DNA of 64,000 nucleotides from a virus: IMG/VR virus record IMGVR_UViG_3300037067_026753; one strand, 5' to 3'. Each line of letters starts with the position of its first letter. Position 1 is the stretch's first letter. Both the position numbers and the translations under genes were made by a program. Positions 9,696 through 19,877 of the stretch are shown in pieces. The notes beneath the pieces were generated by a model that was not told where the DNA came from, did no database searches, and saw nothing but the letters and a program-made list of their open reading frames with translations.

Positions 9696-10772
9696 TTATG
9701 CATAAAACTGTAAAGCATTCAATAAGCACCCTTTTGCAACTGCATTGAGTGGATCTGATGCCTTTTTTACTTGTTTAATTGAGAATGGTAATTTTTTCGT
9801 CTTTATTTCTTGCTCAAAAAGTTTATCAAAATTAACAGCTTTAGATGTTCCACCACTAACGACAACAGATATAGATTCTGGAAAATTAGGAATATCTGTC
9901 ATAGAAGCAAATTTCTTTTCGATAGCATCACAAGTATAATTAATCAAATTTTCATAATAAATCTTTATTGCAGTCTCTTCTCTATTCTTTGAGTTCAATA
10001 AATCAACACCAGCTTCTTTAAGCATAGTAATTCTTGAACTCTTAACTCCAACAGCTTGAGCAGCATTTTGATCAATCCAATCCCCTGAACGTGCAAGACA
10101 AAATTGATATTTTTTATCAGAGACACCGTATAAAGAAAGAGCAAGATTGATTGAACCCGCACCAAATGATAAAGCTAACCCTGTAAATTGTTCTTCCTCA
10201 AGTTCTGACCACACGATAGCAAATGCTTCATTGAGTGGCTCAGCATTATATCCAAATGATTTCAAAAATGACATAAGTACATTGCCATGATAAACATTAT
10301 TGAAATCACTGTCAATAGGATCAGCAGGAATCGAGAAATAAAGCTTCTCATTTTCTTCTATAGGGTCTCCCACAAGATTCTTCAAAATAATCTTTATAAT
10401 TGACAAAGCTTCCGTTTCTCTAGAAGAAAGTACACCTTTAGAAAAGGGTCGACGTGATTCTTTGCTAAAGAAATTTGCTACATGCAAAGCTTCATCACCA
10501 AGAACATAGAGATTTCGTTTGTCAGAACTTTCAGCAAAACTGGCACCAAGTTTTGTAAGCATATTTTTTGAAATCGCATTGTTTTCTAGATCTAGAAAAG
10601 CATTTCTTTGACTCTTGAATATAATACCATTATCTGAGTAAAAAGAACTAACAGCAAAACCTGTACCACAATCTAGGCCTACACCTTTTTTTCTAGCAAT
10701 TTTTGTGTCTTCCATTATTCGTCTTTTTCTTCTTTCTGGCTCTGAACCTTCTTTTTCAAGTTGGACATCCAT
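9696..10772 (-). CDS. Actin-like ATPase of the ParM/MreB/Alp superfamily fold.
   Basis: All five actin-fold motifs appear in order: phosphate-1 GVGLDCGTGFAVSS; connect-1 LYVLGDEALHVA; phosphate-2 LALSFGAGSINLAL; adenosine ISVVVSGGTSKAV; connect-2 ASDPLNAVAKGCLLNA. Confidence 0.55.
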   Translation of the reverse strand: MDVQLEKEGSEPERRKRRIMEDTKIARKKGVGLDCGTGFAVSSFYSDNGIIFKSQRNAFLDLENNAISKNMLTKLGASFAESSDKRNLYVLGDEALHVANFFSKESRRPFSKGVLSSRETEALSIIKIILKNLVGDPIEENEKLYFSIPADPIDSDFNNVYHGNVLMSFLKSFGYNAEPLNEAFAIVWSELEEEQFTGLALSFGAGSINLALSLYGVSDKKYQFCLARSGDWIDQNAAQAVGVKSSRITMLKEAGVDLLNSKNREETAIKIYYENLINYTCDAIEKKFASMTDIPNFPESISVVVSGGTSKAVNFDKLFEQEIKTKKLPFSIKQVKKASDPLNAVAKGCLLNALQFYA

Positions 10773-10774
10773 AA

Positions 10775-10993
10775 TTAATCTCCTTTAATTTTATATTGCT
10801 GTTGTCTATTGAAATCGTCTTTTACATCCACAGGGTTGCCTCCGGACCATTGTTTGCCACGATTTTTTAGACCAGCAGGTATTTCTCCTTTATCGAAAAA
10901 ACCTTGTTCTAATAAAGCTCGTGATACATCACCTTTTTGTGATAATGAACGTGATGCAGCAAGAACATCTCTTATGATATTTTCAGTATTCAT
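10775..10993 (-). CDS. Small hypothetical protein.
   Basis: A 72-aa ORF upstream of the actin-like gene. Confidence 0.3.
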   Translation of the reverse strand: MNTENIIRDVLAASRSLSQKGDVSRALLEQGFFDKGEIPAGLKNRGKQWSGGNPVDVKDDFNRQQQYKIKGD

Positions 10994-11643
10994 TTGTTTT
11001 CTCTTTGTTGTTTAATCCGCTTCATCTTTTCAAGCGAATTTGTAAGATCATTTTTTTGAACTTCTACATTACCTGTTTTACTCATATTCGCTGTCATTCC
11101 CACTTCTTCGTCTTTGAATTCGACAAAGATATTATCTGAACTATTAATATCTATCCTTTTTTCAGATACTTGTGGTACAATTAGTTGTTCTACTTTAATA
11201 TTGTCTTTTATTTCGGCAACCATTTCCTTCGCAAGTTCTCTAGCAATATCTTTTACGATAGTGCTGTTTTTTATCATTTCTTCAGCCATTGCTTTAGCCA
11301 TATTTTTTGCAATTTCTAACACATCTGACTCTAGCACTTTTTCATTTCCTGTTTTATTATTTTGAGCTGATATAGCTCTCTTAAGCATGGCTCTATCATA
11401 CACGATCTCGACCCAATTTCGATTTATTGCATTTTGCAAATCTTTTGAACGATTAACTTCATATTCATTAAGAATTACTTCTTTACCACATTCAACGACT
11501 TTACCAATATCATTAAGTCGAACAGCAGTAAGTATTTTCCCTTTAATTATCATGATGATCTCGGGTTCCCGTTTTATAACTGGTTTCCATATATGTCTCA
11601 TTAAATGTTGCTGAAAGCTCATGAACCATCTTTTCAAACACAT
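10990..11643 (-). CDS. Hypothetical protein (217 aa, K/E-rich C-terminal half).
   Basis: ORF only. Confidence 0.3.
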   Translation of the reverse strand: MCLKRWFMSFQQHLMRHIWKPVIKREPEIIMIIKGKILTAVRLNDIGKVVECGKEVILNEYEVNRSKDLQNAINRNWVEIVYDRAMLKRAISAQNNKTGNEKVLESDVLEIAKNMAKAMAEEMIKNSTIVKDIARELAKEMVAEIKDNIKVEQLIVPQVSEKRIDINSSDNIFVEFKDEEVGMTANMSKTGNVEVQKNDLTNSLEKMKRIKQQRENK

Positions 11644-11655
11644 GTTCTAGCACTT

Positions 11656-12018
11656 TTAGATTAGTTTGCTTATCGAATCTTGAATCTTTTTCCCAGCTTG
11701 TTCTTGTGTTCTCTCCATAGCTTTCTCTATTCCTGTTGTAGAGAACTGTTGAGCTGTAATTTCTTCATTCAACAATTCTACAGGAATATTTTCAAGACCT
11801 TTGAGAACTTGCTTATTTGCAATATCTTCAGTTTTTAAATTTTCTATTTTAGGTTCTACAACAAAATTGATAGTATTATTTTTAATACTATAAGACACAT
11901 CAGCTTCTTGCCCTCGTTTCTTTAACTCTGATCTTATATTGTCTGCGCCCTTGATTGCAATAGAGCGTATTTTAAAATCAAATTTCTTTTTTAAGAGTTT
12001 TTTGCTCGGGCTTAACAT
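11656..12018 (-). CDS. Hypothetical protein (120 aa).
   Basis: ORF only. Confidence 0.3.
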   Translation of the reverse strand: MLSPSKKLLKKKFDFKIRSIAIKGADNIRSELKKRGQEADVSYSIKNNTINFVVEPKIENLKTEDIANKQVLKGLENIPVELLNEEITAQQFSTTGIEKAMERTQEQAGKKIQDSISKLI

Positions 12019-12025
12019 TTACTTC

Positions 12026-15000
12026 TTATTTTATAAATTTTTTAGAAAACTGCCTTGTTTCAAGCAATTTATTTACAATAGATAGATTAGATTTTGCTAT
12101 ATCAAAATTTGGATTAACAGATAATGCGCTCTTAAACATAAAAATAGCTTTTTGAAAACTATTTTTATTTGCAAGATCTATACCTTTGTCATTGTAAGCA
12201 ACTTCTAATAAACCCCAAGACTTTGTTTCTTCTGTATTTATTCTCAAGCATTTTTCTAAAATACTAATAGCTTCATCGTTTTTTTTGAGAACATTACAAC
12301 AATGACTAAAATCGGCCATAGTTTTTAAATCATCAGTCTTATAAACAATCTTTCTAAAAGCAAAATATGCATCTTCAATACGATTTTGTTTTGCATAGCA
12401 GATACCAAGATGTTTAACAGCATACTCTGTTTCTTTTATCTTTATAGATTCTAAAAAATATTTTTCAGCTTGTTCATAATCTTCTATGAGATTATAGGTT
12501 GTTCCCAAATGCGCAAGAACATCTTCATTCTCAGGTTCAAGTTCTAATAATCTGCGCCAAGTCACTAGAGCTTCATCGGGATTATTCAAAACTAAATATT
12601 GGGTCCCAAGTTCAAAAAGAGCTTTCGTGTCATTAAATGTTTCAGCCTTTTTCTTGCTAAGTTTTAAATATGTTTCGTTTTTTGAAGAATTAAGCTTTGA
12701 ATAATGGTGAATTGGAATAGCAGACATTTCGATATCAATTCCGAGTTCTTCAATAGATTTTTCTACCAATTCATGTATTTCACCCCTAAACTTTATATTT
12801 TTATTCGTAGGAAATAAACGAATTTTATCTGATCTACACCAACCTATGTAACCTTTTTCTTCTTGCTCATATTCTCCGGTATTTGTATTGATTCCTTCAA
12901 CATTTTTTGAATTCACATAATTTCTCGTAATGAATCCATAAGCTTTAGATGATGCTTGTAAATTTTTTCTCAATTCATCAATATCTTTCTCACTAATCAT
13001 TTCGTCAGCATCCAAAACTAATGTCCAGGGTTGTGTTGCTTTTTCAAGTGAAAAATTTCGAGCAGCTGAAAAATCATCAATCCATGCAAAATGATAAATC
13101 TTAGCTCCGTATTGTTTTGCAATTTTTATTGTGTTGTCTGTAGATCCTGTATCAACTATTATAATCTCATTTGCTACATTTTTTATAGACTCTAAACACC
13201 TTCCCAGGCAATCTTGTTCATTTTTGACAATCATACAAACAGAAAGTTGCTCTTTTCCCTGGCACAAATAGTTTGAATAGAGCCTATGTAGAACGGTCTC
13301 TAGTTTGTCAATGCTTTTATACCATAGGAATTCATTAGCAGTTTTTAAACCTTCTTCTATTAAACGAGAATAAATAGTCTCATTTAAAAAAAGCAATTTT
13401 AAAGAACTACAAATAGCCCCAGAATTTTTAGGTGGAACAATTAATGCGTTTTGACCATGTACAGCATAATCATTCACTCCTCCGCAATCTGTAGTTATGA
13501 CAGGGGTTCCACTTGCCATTGCTTCTAATGGAGGAAGACTGAACCCTTCGACTTCAAATGGTGCATTTACAACTACATCACAAGAAGCGTATACATTTGC
13601 AATTTCAATCTGCGTCATATTCGACATATTATAAAATTCGTAAGGCTCATCTTTAGAACATTTTTCAGAAGCTAAACGAACTATTGCACATTTAGAAATC
13701 TTCAAATAATTTGTTGCACCTTCTAATGCGATTTTTACTCCCTTAAACACTAAATTATAATTGCCCACAATAAGAATTCTTGGGAGTTTATTTCTTTCAT
13801 GTTTTCTCAAAGAAAAAACATACTGATCAATTCCATTAGGTATGTAATGTGATTCTGTTTCAAATTTTTTATCAATAATAGATTTCAAATATTTAGAAAT
13901 AACAATTTTCTCTTTTATCTTCAAATAATTGTTATTCACAGCATCAACTATTGTTGCGTCCAAATCTTTATCATATATCAAAGCTTCATAACCTTGACAA
14001 AAATGAATCTTTATTTTTGCTTTAATTTTTTGTAATATGTCTAATGTAGAAAAATAAGTACCAATTGCTATATCTACTTCTGGAATTTCTGTATATTCTT
14101 TAAAACAAGAAACTGATACGTCTAAATCAAACCAGGGCTTTGATGTATTAGAATAACACCAGATAGATACATCATATCCTCTTGATTTTAAACGATTTGC
14201 ATACTCAAATACGACTTTGACTCCGCCACTGGGTTGATTTGAAGCTAAAATGTATATGATGGAAAATTTATCTTTTTTCTCATTTATTTTCTGTATTCTT
14301 GAAGAATCATACCATTTTTGAAGATACAGTTTTTTGCTTTGTTCTAAAGTTTCTTCGAAAAAACCTTCTTTTTCTTGAAAAGATTTACTACCAAAATGGT
14401 AAATAAAAACGCCTTTAGAACATATTAATTTATAACCATTCTCTATGAAACGATTACAAAGATCATCATCTTCAAAATTGAAAATAAATCTATCATCAAA
14501 AAAACCTACCTGATTTAAGAGCTCTCTTTTTGTTACAAAACAAAATCCGATAAGTTTATTTGCTTCTACTACATCATCTCCAAAATTTGCATATTGTTTT
14601 TGAGAAAACAGACGAATTTCGTTATCATTTACCTCAGCTTTAAAATTATAATTTTGTCCAACTTTTTGAATTTCTGATGATGTATAATTAGTGACTGGCC
14701 CAATAATACCTGCATTATTTTCTTCAAGCAAATTTATTAATCTTAACAACCAATTTGATGTAACAACAGTATCGCTGTTCAAAAAACAGACATATTTAGA
14801 ATTTGATTTTCTAAGAGCTTGATTATTTGCATAACCGAACCCAAAATTTTTAGAATTGTATATTATTTCAATATTTTTTAAAGACATTAAATACATTTTT
14901 GTAGCATTATCGGAGCAATTATCTACTATGATAAGTCTATAATTTGCTGTATTTCTTATTATGCTTTCAACACATTTTTGCAAGTAAGGAAGAGCATTAT

Positions 15001-15847
15001 GTGTAATTAAGACAATATCACAATCATAAGTAACTTGAGCTTCATTATACTCAAGACTTAAAATTTTTGATCTTAGATAATCTAAAGCTTTTGCAGCTAT
15101 TACACCATTTTGTTGTATAAGTCTTTGTCCCCATTTTTTCAAAAGCGTAGGATACGAATATTTGACGAGAACATCTCTTTTCCCTTTATATGATTGATTC
15201 GAGCGATGATAAACATAAACATCATCAGCTATTGCAAGTTTATAACCTCTTTGTCTTATTTTCAAGACATAATCGTCTTCACTACCATAATGTGGAAAAA
15301 CTCTTGTATCTAATAAACCTATGACTTTTATAATGTTATATGAAATAAAAAAACAAAATCCATTTACGAAAGCTGTTTCTGGGTATCTTCTTTCTGATAA
15401 CGATGTCACCCAATTGCCATAAGTATCTATTTCTGTATCATTGACACAAGATTTACCTACAGATTGTGTTGTTGCACAATTTGACAAAACACCCATACAA
15501 CCAATCTGTTTATGACTTGCCCAATAAGTCGTAATCTTTTCTAACCAATTTTGTGTAACAATTTGAGTATCAGAATTTAACAAACATACATATTCGAAAT
15601 TCTTGCTTTCTAAAATCCCTTGATTACAACTCTCTGTGAATCCCTTTGAAACAGGATTTTTAATGTATTTTTGTACTATTTTGCTATCAAAAAGTAACTG
15701 ACAAAAATTAGAAGTTTCAAGATCAGAACCATCGTTAATTAAGACTATTTGAAAATCTTTGGTGTTAGACTTTTCGAGAATTGTTTTGACACATTTTTCA
15801 AGCAATTCCCACTGATTGTGTACTGGTATGATGATTGAGACAGCCAT
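12026..15847 (-). CDS. Five-module glycosyltransferase (1273 aa): GT2, GT2, GT4 (GT-B), TPR-associated GT2, then TPR repeats.
   Basis: Module 1: IIIPVHNQ...INDGSD..LLNSDTQIV. Module 2: IVLITHNALPYL..IVDNCSDNAT..FLNSDTVV. Module 3: GGVKVV...EGFSLPPLEAMASGTPVITTDCGG (the E-x7-E GT4 motif). Module 4: LSVCMIVKNE..IIIVDTGSTDNT..FAWIDDFSAARNFSLE..LDADE. The C-terminus has TPR-like helical repeats. Confidence 0.75.
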   Translation of the reverse strand: MAVSIIIPVHNQWELLEKCVKTILEKSNTKDFQIVLINDGSDLETSNFCQLLFDSKIVQKYIKNPVSKGFTESCNQGILESKNFEYVCLLNSDTQIVTQNWLEKITTYWASHKQIGCMGVLSNCATTQSVGKSCVNDTEIDTYGNWVTSLSERRYPETAFVNGFCFFISYNIIKVIGLLDTRVFPHYGSEDDYVLKIRQRGYKLAIADDVYVYHRSNQSYKGKRDVLVKYSYPTLLKKWGQRLIQQNGVIAAKALDYLRSKILSLEYNEAQVTYDCDIVLITHNALPYLQKCVESIIRNTANYRLIIVDNCSDNATKMYLMSLKNIEIIYNSKNFGFGYANNQALRKSNSKYVCFLNSDTVVTSNWLLRLINLLEENNAGIIGPVTNYTSSEIQKVGQNYNFKAEVNDNEIRLFSQKQYANFGDDVVEANKLIGFCFVTKRELLNQVGFFDDRFIFNFEDDDLCNRFIENGYKLICSKGVFIYHFGSKSFQEKEGFFEETLEQSKKLYLQKWYDSSRIQKINEKKDKFSIIYILASNQPSGGVKVVFEYANRLKSRGYDVSIWCYSNTSKPWFDLDVSVSCFKEYTEIPEVDIAIGTYFSTLDILQKIKAKIKIHFCQGYEALIYDKDLDATIVDAVNNNYLKIKEKIVISKYLKSIIDKKFETESHYIPNGIDQYVFSLRKHERNKLPRILIVGNYNLVFKGVKIALEGATNYLKISKCAIVRLASEKCSKDEPYEFYNMSNMTQIEIANVYASCDVVVNAPFEVEGFSLPPLEAMASGTPVITTDCGGVNDYAVHGQNALIVPPKNSGAICSSLKLLFLNETIYSRLIEEGLKTANEFLWYKSIDKLETVLHRLYSNYLCQGKEQLSVCMIVKNEQDCLGRCLESIKNVANEIIIVDTGSTDNTIKIAKQYGAKIYHFAWIDDFSAARNFSLEKATQPWTLVLDADEMISEKDIDELRKNLQASSKAYGFITRNYVNSKNVEGINTNTGEYEQEEKGYIGWCRSDKIRLFPTNKNIKFRGEIHELVEKSIEELGIDIEMSAIPIHHYSKLNSSKNETYLKLSKKKAETFNDTKALFELGTQYLVLNNPDEALVTWRRLLELEPENEDVLAHLGTTYNLIEDYEQAEKYFLESIKIKETEYAVKHLGICYAKQNRIEDAYFAFRKIVYKTDDLKTMADFSHCCNVLKKNDEAISILEKCLRINTEETKSWGLLEVAYNDKGIDLANKNSFQKAIFMFKSALSVNPNFDIAKSNLSIVNKLLETRQFSKKFIK

Positions 15848-15854
15848 GATGTGT

Positions 15855-16916
15855 TTAAAAAAGCCTTTCTATATTTTCAATTGTTTTTTCCCAAGTGTAA
15901 TTTGAAATCACCTCTTCTATATTTCTTTGAAACATAGTTGCAAACTCTGTATTATTTAAAAGCTCTTTAGATTTTCTTAAAATATCTTGTTTATTTTTCT
16001 TTTCAGCTATAAGACAAGTTTTTTTATCAAAAAAAACATCATCAAAAGCTCCATCACAAATGACAGAAGGGCATCCACATAATGTCGATTCTATAGGGGT
16101 TAAATTAAGACCCTCGGAAATCGATGGCATAATAAAAATAGAACACTTATTAAAAATTTCTCTTATTGTATCTTTATTTGCATCTACATATTTGGCTATA
16201 AGTTTTTCAGGATGTTTTGCGTTTTCAAACCCCGAACTTGTACCAAAAACTATTGTTCCATCAATTAAACCTTGGTTGCACAAATCATTACAGATTTCAA
16301 CACCAAGTGCATATTGTTTATCTGGAGCATAATGATACAGTAATGAAGCATATCTTTGTCTTTTAATCGCCTTATCTCTGAAAAAATAATTTTGCGAATC
16401 CGATCCAAAACCTACACAAGCACATTTTCCTCCTTCTGCTTCTATAGCTTTTTTGATTTTTAAAGTGCTTGACATGACAGTTAATTTCGGGTTGAATACA
16501 TTTTTTCTTTCTCTTTCGAAACACATACCATAACTTAGCATATAAATCAAAACTTTTTTGACTTGAGGAAGATTTGTAAGATACTCTGTGTAAGGATTGT
16601 CTGAATATGTGATCACTACATCAGATGCAGGAAATGTTTGGTCAGGTAATCCCACTGTGTATGGAAGAGGCAACACTTTCGAGTAGTCTAAATTAGGATT
16701 TAAAGTTTGAATCCTAAGTTGCACTTGATATTTTTTTTTTAATCCCCTTGACAATGCCATTGACAACTGTTTCATATGTTGAATCCCTCCACTTGTTTCC
16801 ACATATTTAGGGATTTCAACGACAAACAGATTGCTAAATTTTCTAGCTAAAGTTGTCTGCCGCATTATGCCACCGCTCTCATTATTGAACACAGGAAGTT
16901 CTACTACAATCGTCAT
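15855..16916 (-). CDS. GT-B fold glycosyltransferase (GT4-like).
   Basis: The C-terminal motif PSISEGLNLTPIESTLCGCPSVICDG resembles the GT4 E-x7-E sugar-donor binding region. Confidence 0.5.
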   Translation of the reverse strand: MTIVVELPVFNNESGGIMRQTTLARKFSNLFVVEIPKYVETSGGIQHMKQLSMALSRGLKKKYQVQLRIQTLNPNLDYSKVLPLPYTVGLPDQTFPASDVVITYSDNPYTEYLTNLPQVKKVLIYMLSYGMCFERERKNVFNPKLTVMSSTLKIKKAIEAEGGKCACVGFGSDSQNYFFRDKAIKRQRYASLLYHYAPDKQYALGVEICNDLCNQGLIDGTIVFGTSSGFENAKHPEKLIAKYVDANKDTIREIFNKCSIFIMPSISEGLNLTPIESTLCGCPSVICDGAFDDVFFDKKTCLIAEKKNKQDILRKSKELLNNTEFATMFQRNIEEVISNYTWEKTIENIERLF

Positions 16917-17476
16917 TCTTTTTTCCTACAAGTTATTGCAACATTTTCAAAATCTAAAAAATCTTTTTTTAAATTATTTTCTAAACAAGTTGCATCTATA
17001 TCCTTGTCGGTTATTTCAATCCAATTCCAGATTTTTCCTATCATGACATTTTCAAAATACTCCATATCCTTTGCATAATCATGTGCCAAAATATAATCGC
17101 CTGGTTTTAAAAATTTTGAAAAAATGCTAAATTCTTTAATTTTGTTTCCACCATCACAAAAAACAACACTTGTTCCTTCATTCTTTATCAAGTTTTGGAT
17201 TACATCAATACTCTCAAAAACATCAGCAATTCTATGATCAATATTTAAACGTACAAACAGTTTATTGTTTTCAGTTAGTTTTTTAATGTCAAATGTAACA
17301 AACTGACAATCATAAGCAATTGCATACATTTGAAACAATATAGAAAGGCCTCCATAATATGTTCCAATTTCTATGATAGTCTTTGGCTTTACAGCAAGTA
17401 AAAATTCATTTAGAACTTTTGGAATATTTTCATTCTGTGCAAGATTAAAGCCTAAAAATTCGAAACTCACATTCAT
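16913..17476 (-). CDS. Class I SAM-dependent methyltransferase (TylF/MycF/CmcI-like, Methyltransf_24-type).
   Basis: A Gly-rich SAM motif, KTIIEIGTYYGGLS, followed by VVFCDGGNK. Confidence 0.45.
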   Translation of the reverse strand: MNVSFEFLGFNLAQNENIPKVLNEFLLAVKPKTIIEIGTYYGGLSILFQMYAIAYDCQFVTFDIKKLTENNKLFVRLNIDHRIADVFESIDVIQNLIKNEGTSVVFCDGGNKIKEFSIFSKFLKPGDYILAHDYAKDMEYFENVMIGKIWNWIEITDKDIDATCLENNLKKDFLDFENVAITCRKKE

Positions 17477-17519
17477 AGCTACTCCTTGTCAAAGCAATCA
17501 AAGCAATGTTCGAATTAAA

Positions 17520-18077
17520 TTAATCTTTTCTCAAAACCCAACAATTTCCTCTAACAATATATTTTTTATTTAATTTTTCACAAAATTCATCAATCGCTTG
17601 TTTTACAGGAGGGTGTGAAAAATCATGCCCTGCCATAGTTCCACCTACACAAATCTTAGGCCACCAACAATTTAGATCTCTTCTAACGGCATCCAAACTA
17701 TGATCGGCATCAATAAAAACAAAATCTATTGTATTGTCTAAGAAATAACTTGCTCCTAAATGACTGAGTGATTTTATAACAATTAGATCTTTCCAAATTG
17801 GTTCTAGATTTTTTCGAAATAAATCTAATTGTGGATATGTAGTGATTTCATTACCATTATGAGCATTCCCTATGAAAGCATCAATGCTTATTACAGTTAG
17901 ATTTTTTTGCGAATTTATAGCTTCAACAGCTAAAAATGCTATACTTTGGCCTATCCATGAACCTACTTCTATAAGAATGCCATTTTGTCTGCTCTGTTTT
18001 ATTGCATCTTCATAAACATCTTGGAAATTAAACATAGTTTGTTGAGGAGAACAAATTGTTTCATAAAAATGTTTCAT
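17520..18077 (-). CDS. Class I SAM-dependent O-methyltransferase (TylF/MycF-like).
   Basis: The motifs ILIEVGSWIGQS and FVFIDADHS...GGTMAGHDF. It is paralogous to 47467..48051. Confidence 0.5.
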   Translation of the reverse strand: MKHFYETICSPQQTMFNFQDVYEDAIKQSRQNGILIEVGSWIGQSIAFLAVEAINSQKNLTVISIDAFIGNAHNGNEITTYPQLDLFRKNLEPIWKDLIVIKSLSHLGASYFLDNTIDFVFIDADHSLDAVRRDLNCWWPKICVGGTMAGHDFSHPPVKQAIDEFCEKLNKKYIVRGNCWVLRKD

Positions 18078-18084
18078 ACTTGTT

Positions 18085-18861
18085 TCACACCTTGTAAGTT
18101 GTTTTTATTGTTGTTGGACTACAATTAGGTCCTCGAGTGTCTTTACCAGCAAAAACATCAAATACAGAACCAATGTCTACTGCTACACCACCTTGATTTT
18201 TCCAAAACAGACCATATATTTTTCCGACAAAACCTGAGCCATATAATAACAACTTTCCCTTTAGATCTCCCAAATTTTTTATAATTTGTTGTATTTCAAG
18301 AAATCTATCAGGATAATGTTTACTTCTATATCTTTTTTCTTCAAACATCATTTCCGGAGGTACTGGAATAAATTGTACATTAGTTATATTGAATCTCTTT
18401 GAAAATTGTCGAGCTAAATCTCTACAACTTATAATGTATAAATCTTGTCTATTTAAAAGCAATTTATCATAACAAGATTCTCTTGATTCCCAATTTCTCA
18501 AAAATTCATAATGAAAATCTATCGACCCAAAATCTGTAGTTTTAATATTGCAATAAATTTTTAGAATATTTAAACTTTCGGTCCAGCAACTTCCAAGACT
18601 AAGATGATATTCTGTAGGAATTCCTAACAAATCGGCATTGTTTATAGTCTCAATTAAATTTTTTCTTATTTCTTCTATAGATTCTTTTTTTAGAATCTCA
18701 TTTAATTGTCTACTAAAAATATGTTCAACAATATTTTTTTCATTGTTCTTTAAAAGTATTGCTTCACCATCACCATATCTTAATGCTAGAAATGATCTAT
18801 TTTCATTTAAGCTAGTTATTATTTTTAAAAATACTTGATTGAAATCATTATTGATATTCAT
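18085..18861 (-). CDS. Hypothetical protein in the glycosylation cluster (possibly a GT-D/DUF1792-like transferase).
   Basis: A 258-aa ORF. The C-terminus KLLLYGSGFVGKIYG...GGVAVDIGSVFD looks Rossmann-like. The assignment is weak. Confidence 0.3.
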   Translation of the reverse strand: MNINNDFNQVFLKIITSLNENRSFLALRYGDGEAILLKNNEKNIVEHIFSRQLNEILKKESIEEIRKNLIETINNADLLGIPTEYHLSLGSCWTESLNILKIYCNIKTTDFGSIDFHYEFLRNWESRESCYDKLLLNRQDLYIISCRDLARQFSKRFNITNVQFIPVPPEMMFEEKRYRSKHYPDRFLEIQQIIKNLGDLKGKLLLYGSGFVGKIYGLFWKNQGGVAVDIGSVFDVFAGKDTRGPNCSPTTIKTTYKV

Positions 18862-19516
18862 ATCTCGACAATTCTTGAAAATTCTGACAATTTACATTAA
18901 TAAGACAATATGTTTCTCTATATACATCTTTAAATTGAATTAATTCTTTTGCTCCCAATTTTTCACTATAAACAATAGTATCTACAGGTGAACAAATCGG
19001 AACTATTTCATTAGAACTTGAATCATTTATTTTATATAAGCTCCCTATCTTTGCTTCAAATTTTAATTCTTCAGTAATTTTTTTTAACATTTCCGTTGTT
19101 ACATTTGTAGGATGTCCTATCCAATCTGTCCATGTCAACTTAAACCCTAAAGAAGCAAGGTATTTAATTTTATCGAAACATGGGACTTTAATAAAGATGA
19201 ATTCTGTAGCAGCTTTAACAGATTTTTCTAATACGTTTTTAACTTGTGCTTCATTTTTTAAATGTTCAAGAAAATGAAGCATTGTTATAAATCTACATTT
19301 AGGAATTTCACAACTTACATCAGTAATATCAGCAAAAACTACATTATAACCTTTTTCTCTTGCTCTTTCAAGTTCGCTTTTCCTATTGTCAATACCTAAA
19401 AATGTTTCTCCACCAAATCTAGATTTTGCCCATCCTATAGACCCACCCACACCACAACCCAAATCGACACAATCTAGCATTATATTTCCTTTAGCAAAAA
19501 TTAAACAAATTTTCAA
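18848..19516 (-). CDS. Class I SAM-dependent methyltransferase.
   Basis: Motif I, LDCVDLGCGVGGSIGWA, then a GIDNRKSELERAREKGYNVVFADITD post-I region. Confidence 0.55.
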   Translation of the reverse strand: MKICLIFAKGNIMLDCVDLGCGVGGSIGWAKSRFGGETFLGIDNRKSELERAREKGYNVVFADITDVSCEIPKCRFITMLHFLEHLKNEAQVKNVLEKSVKAATEFIFIKVPCFDKIKYLASLGFKLTWTDWIGHPTNVTTEMLKKITEELKFEAKIGSLYKINDSSSNEIVPICSPVDTIVYSEKLGAKELIQFKDVYRETYCLINVNCQNFQELSRYEYQ

Positions 19517-19836
19517 ATATTATGATGTAGCTGTTTTGACATATCTGGTAAAGAAATATTGTACATTGGGCGTCTAGAATACAAATCATCCATCTCAAAA
19601 ACATACAAATCTCTTGCTCTATTTCTAGCATGCAAATGTCTCATAGGTCTGAAATCTTCATAAATCCTGTTTTCAACAGGTTGTCCCTCGCTTTTATCAG
19701 AACCTCTAGGTACAATACTATCTACTTTTTGCTGAATTCGAACGGCATCGGGAGAATCTTTCGACAATTCAACAAATTCTTTACGAAGAGGACCACGTCT
19801 ATAAGTAGCTGTTGGAGCAATTACTAAATTATCCAT
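19513..19836 (-). CDS. Hypothetical protein.
   Basis: A 107-aa ORF. Confidence 0.3.
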   Translation of the reverse strand: MDNLVIAPTATYRRGPLRKEFVELSKDSPDAVRIQQKVDSIVPRGSDKSEGQPVENRIYEDFRPMRHLHARNRARDLYVFEMDDLYSRRPMYNISLPDMSKQLHHNI

Positions 19837-19877
19837 AAATTCCTTTAGTCAATTTGGGGACTTGCTCCCTCAAATAA

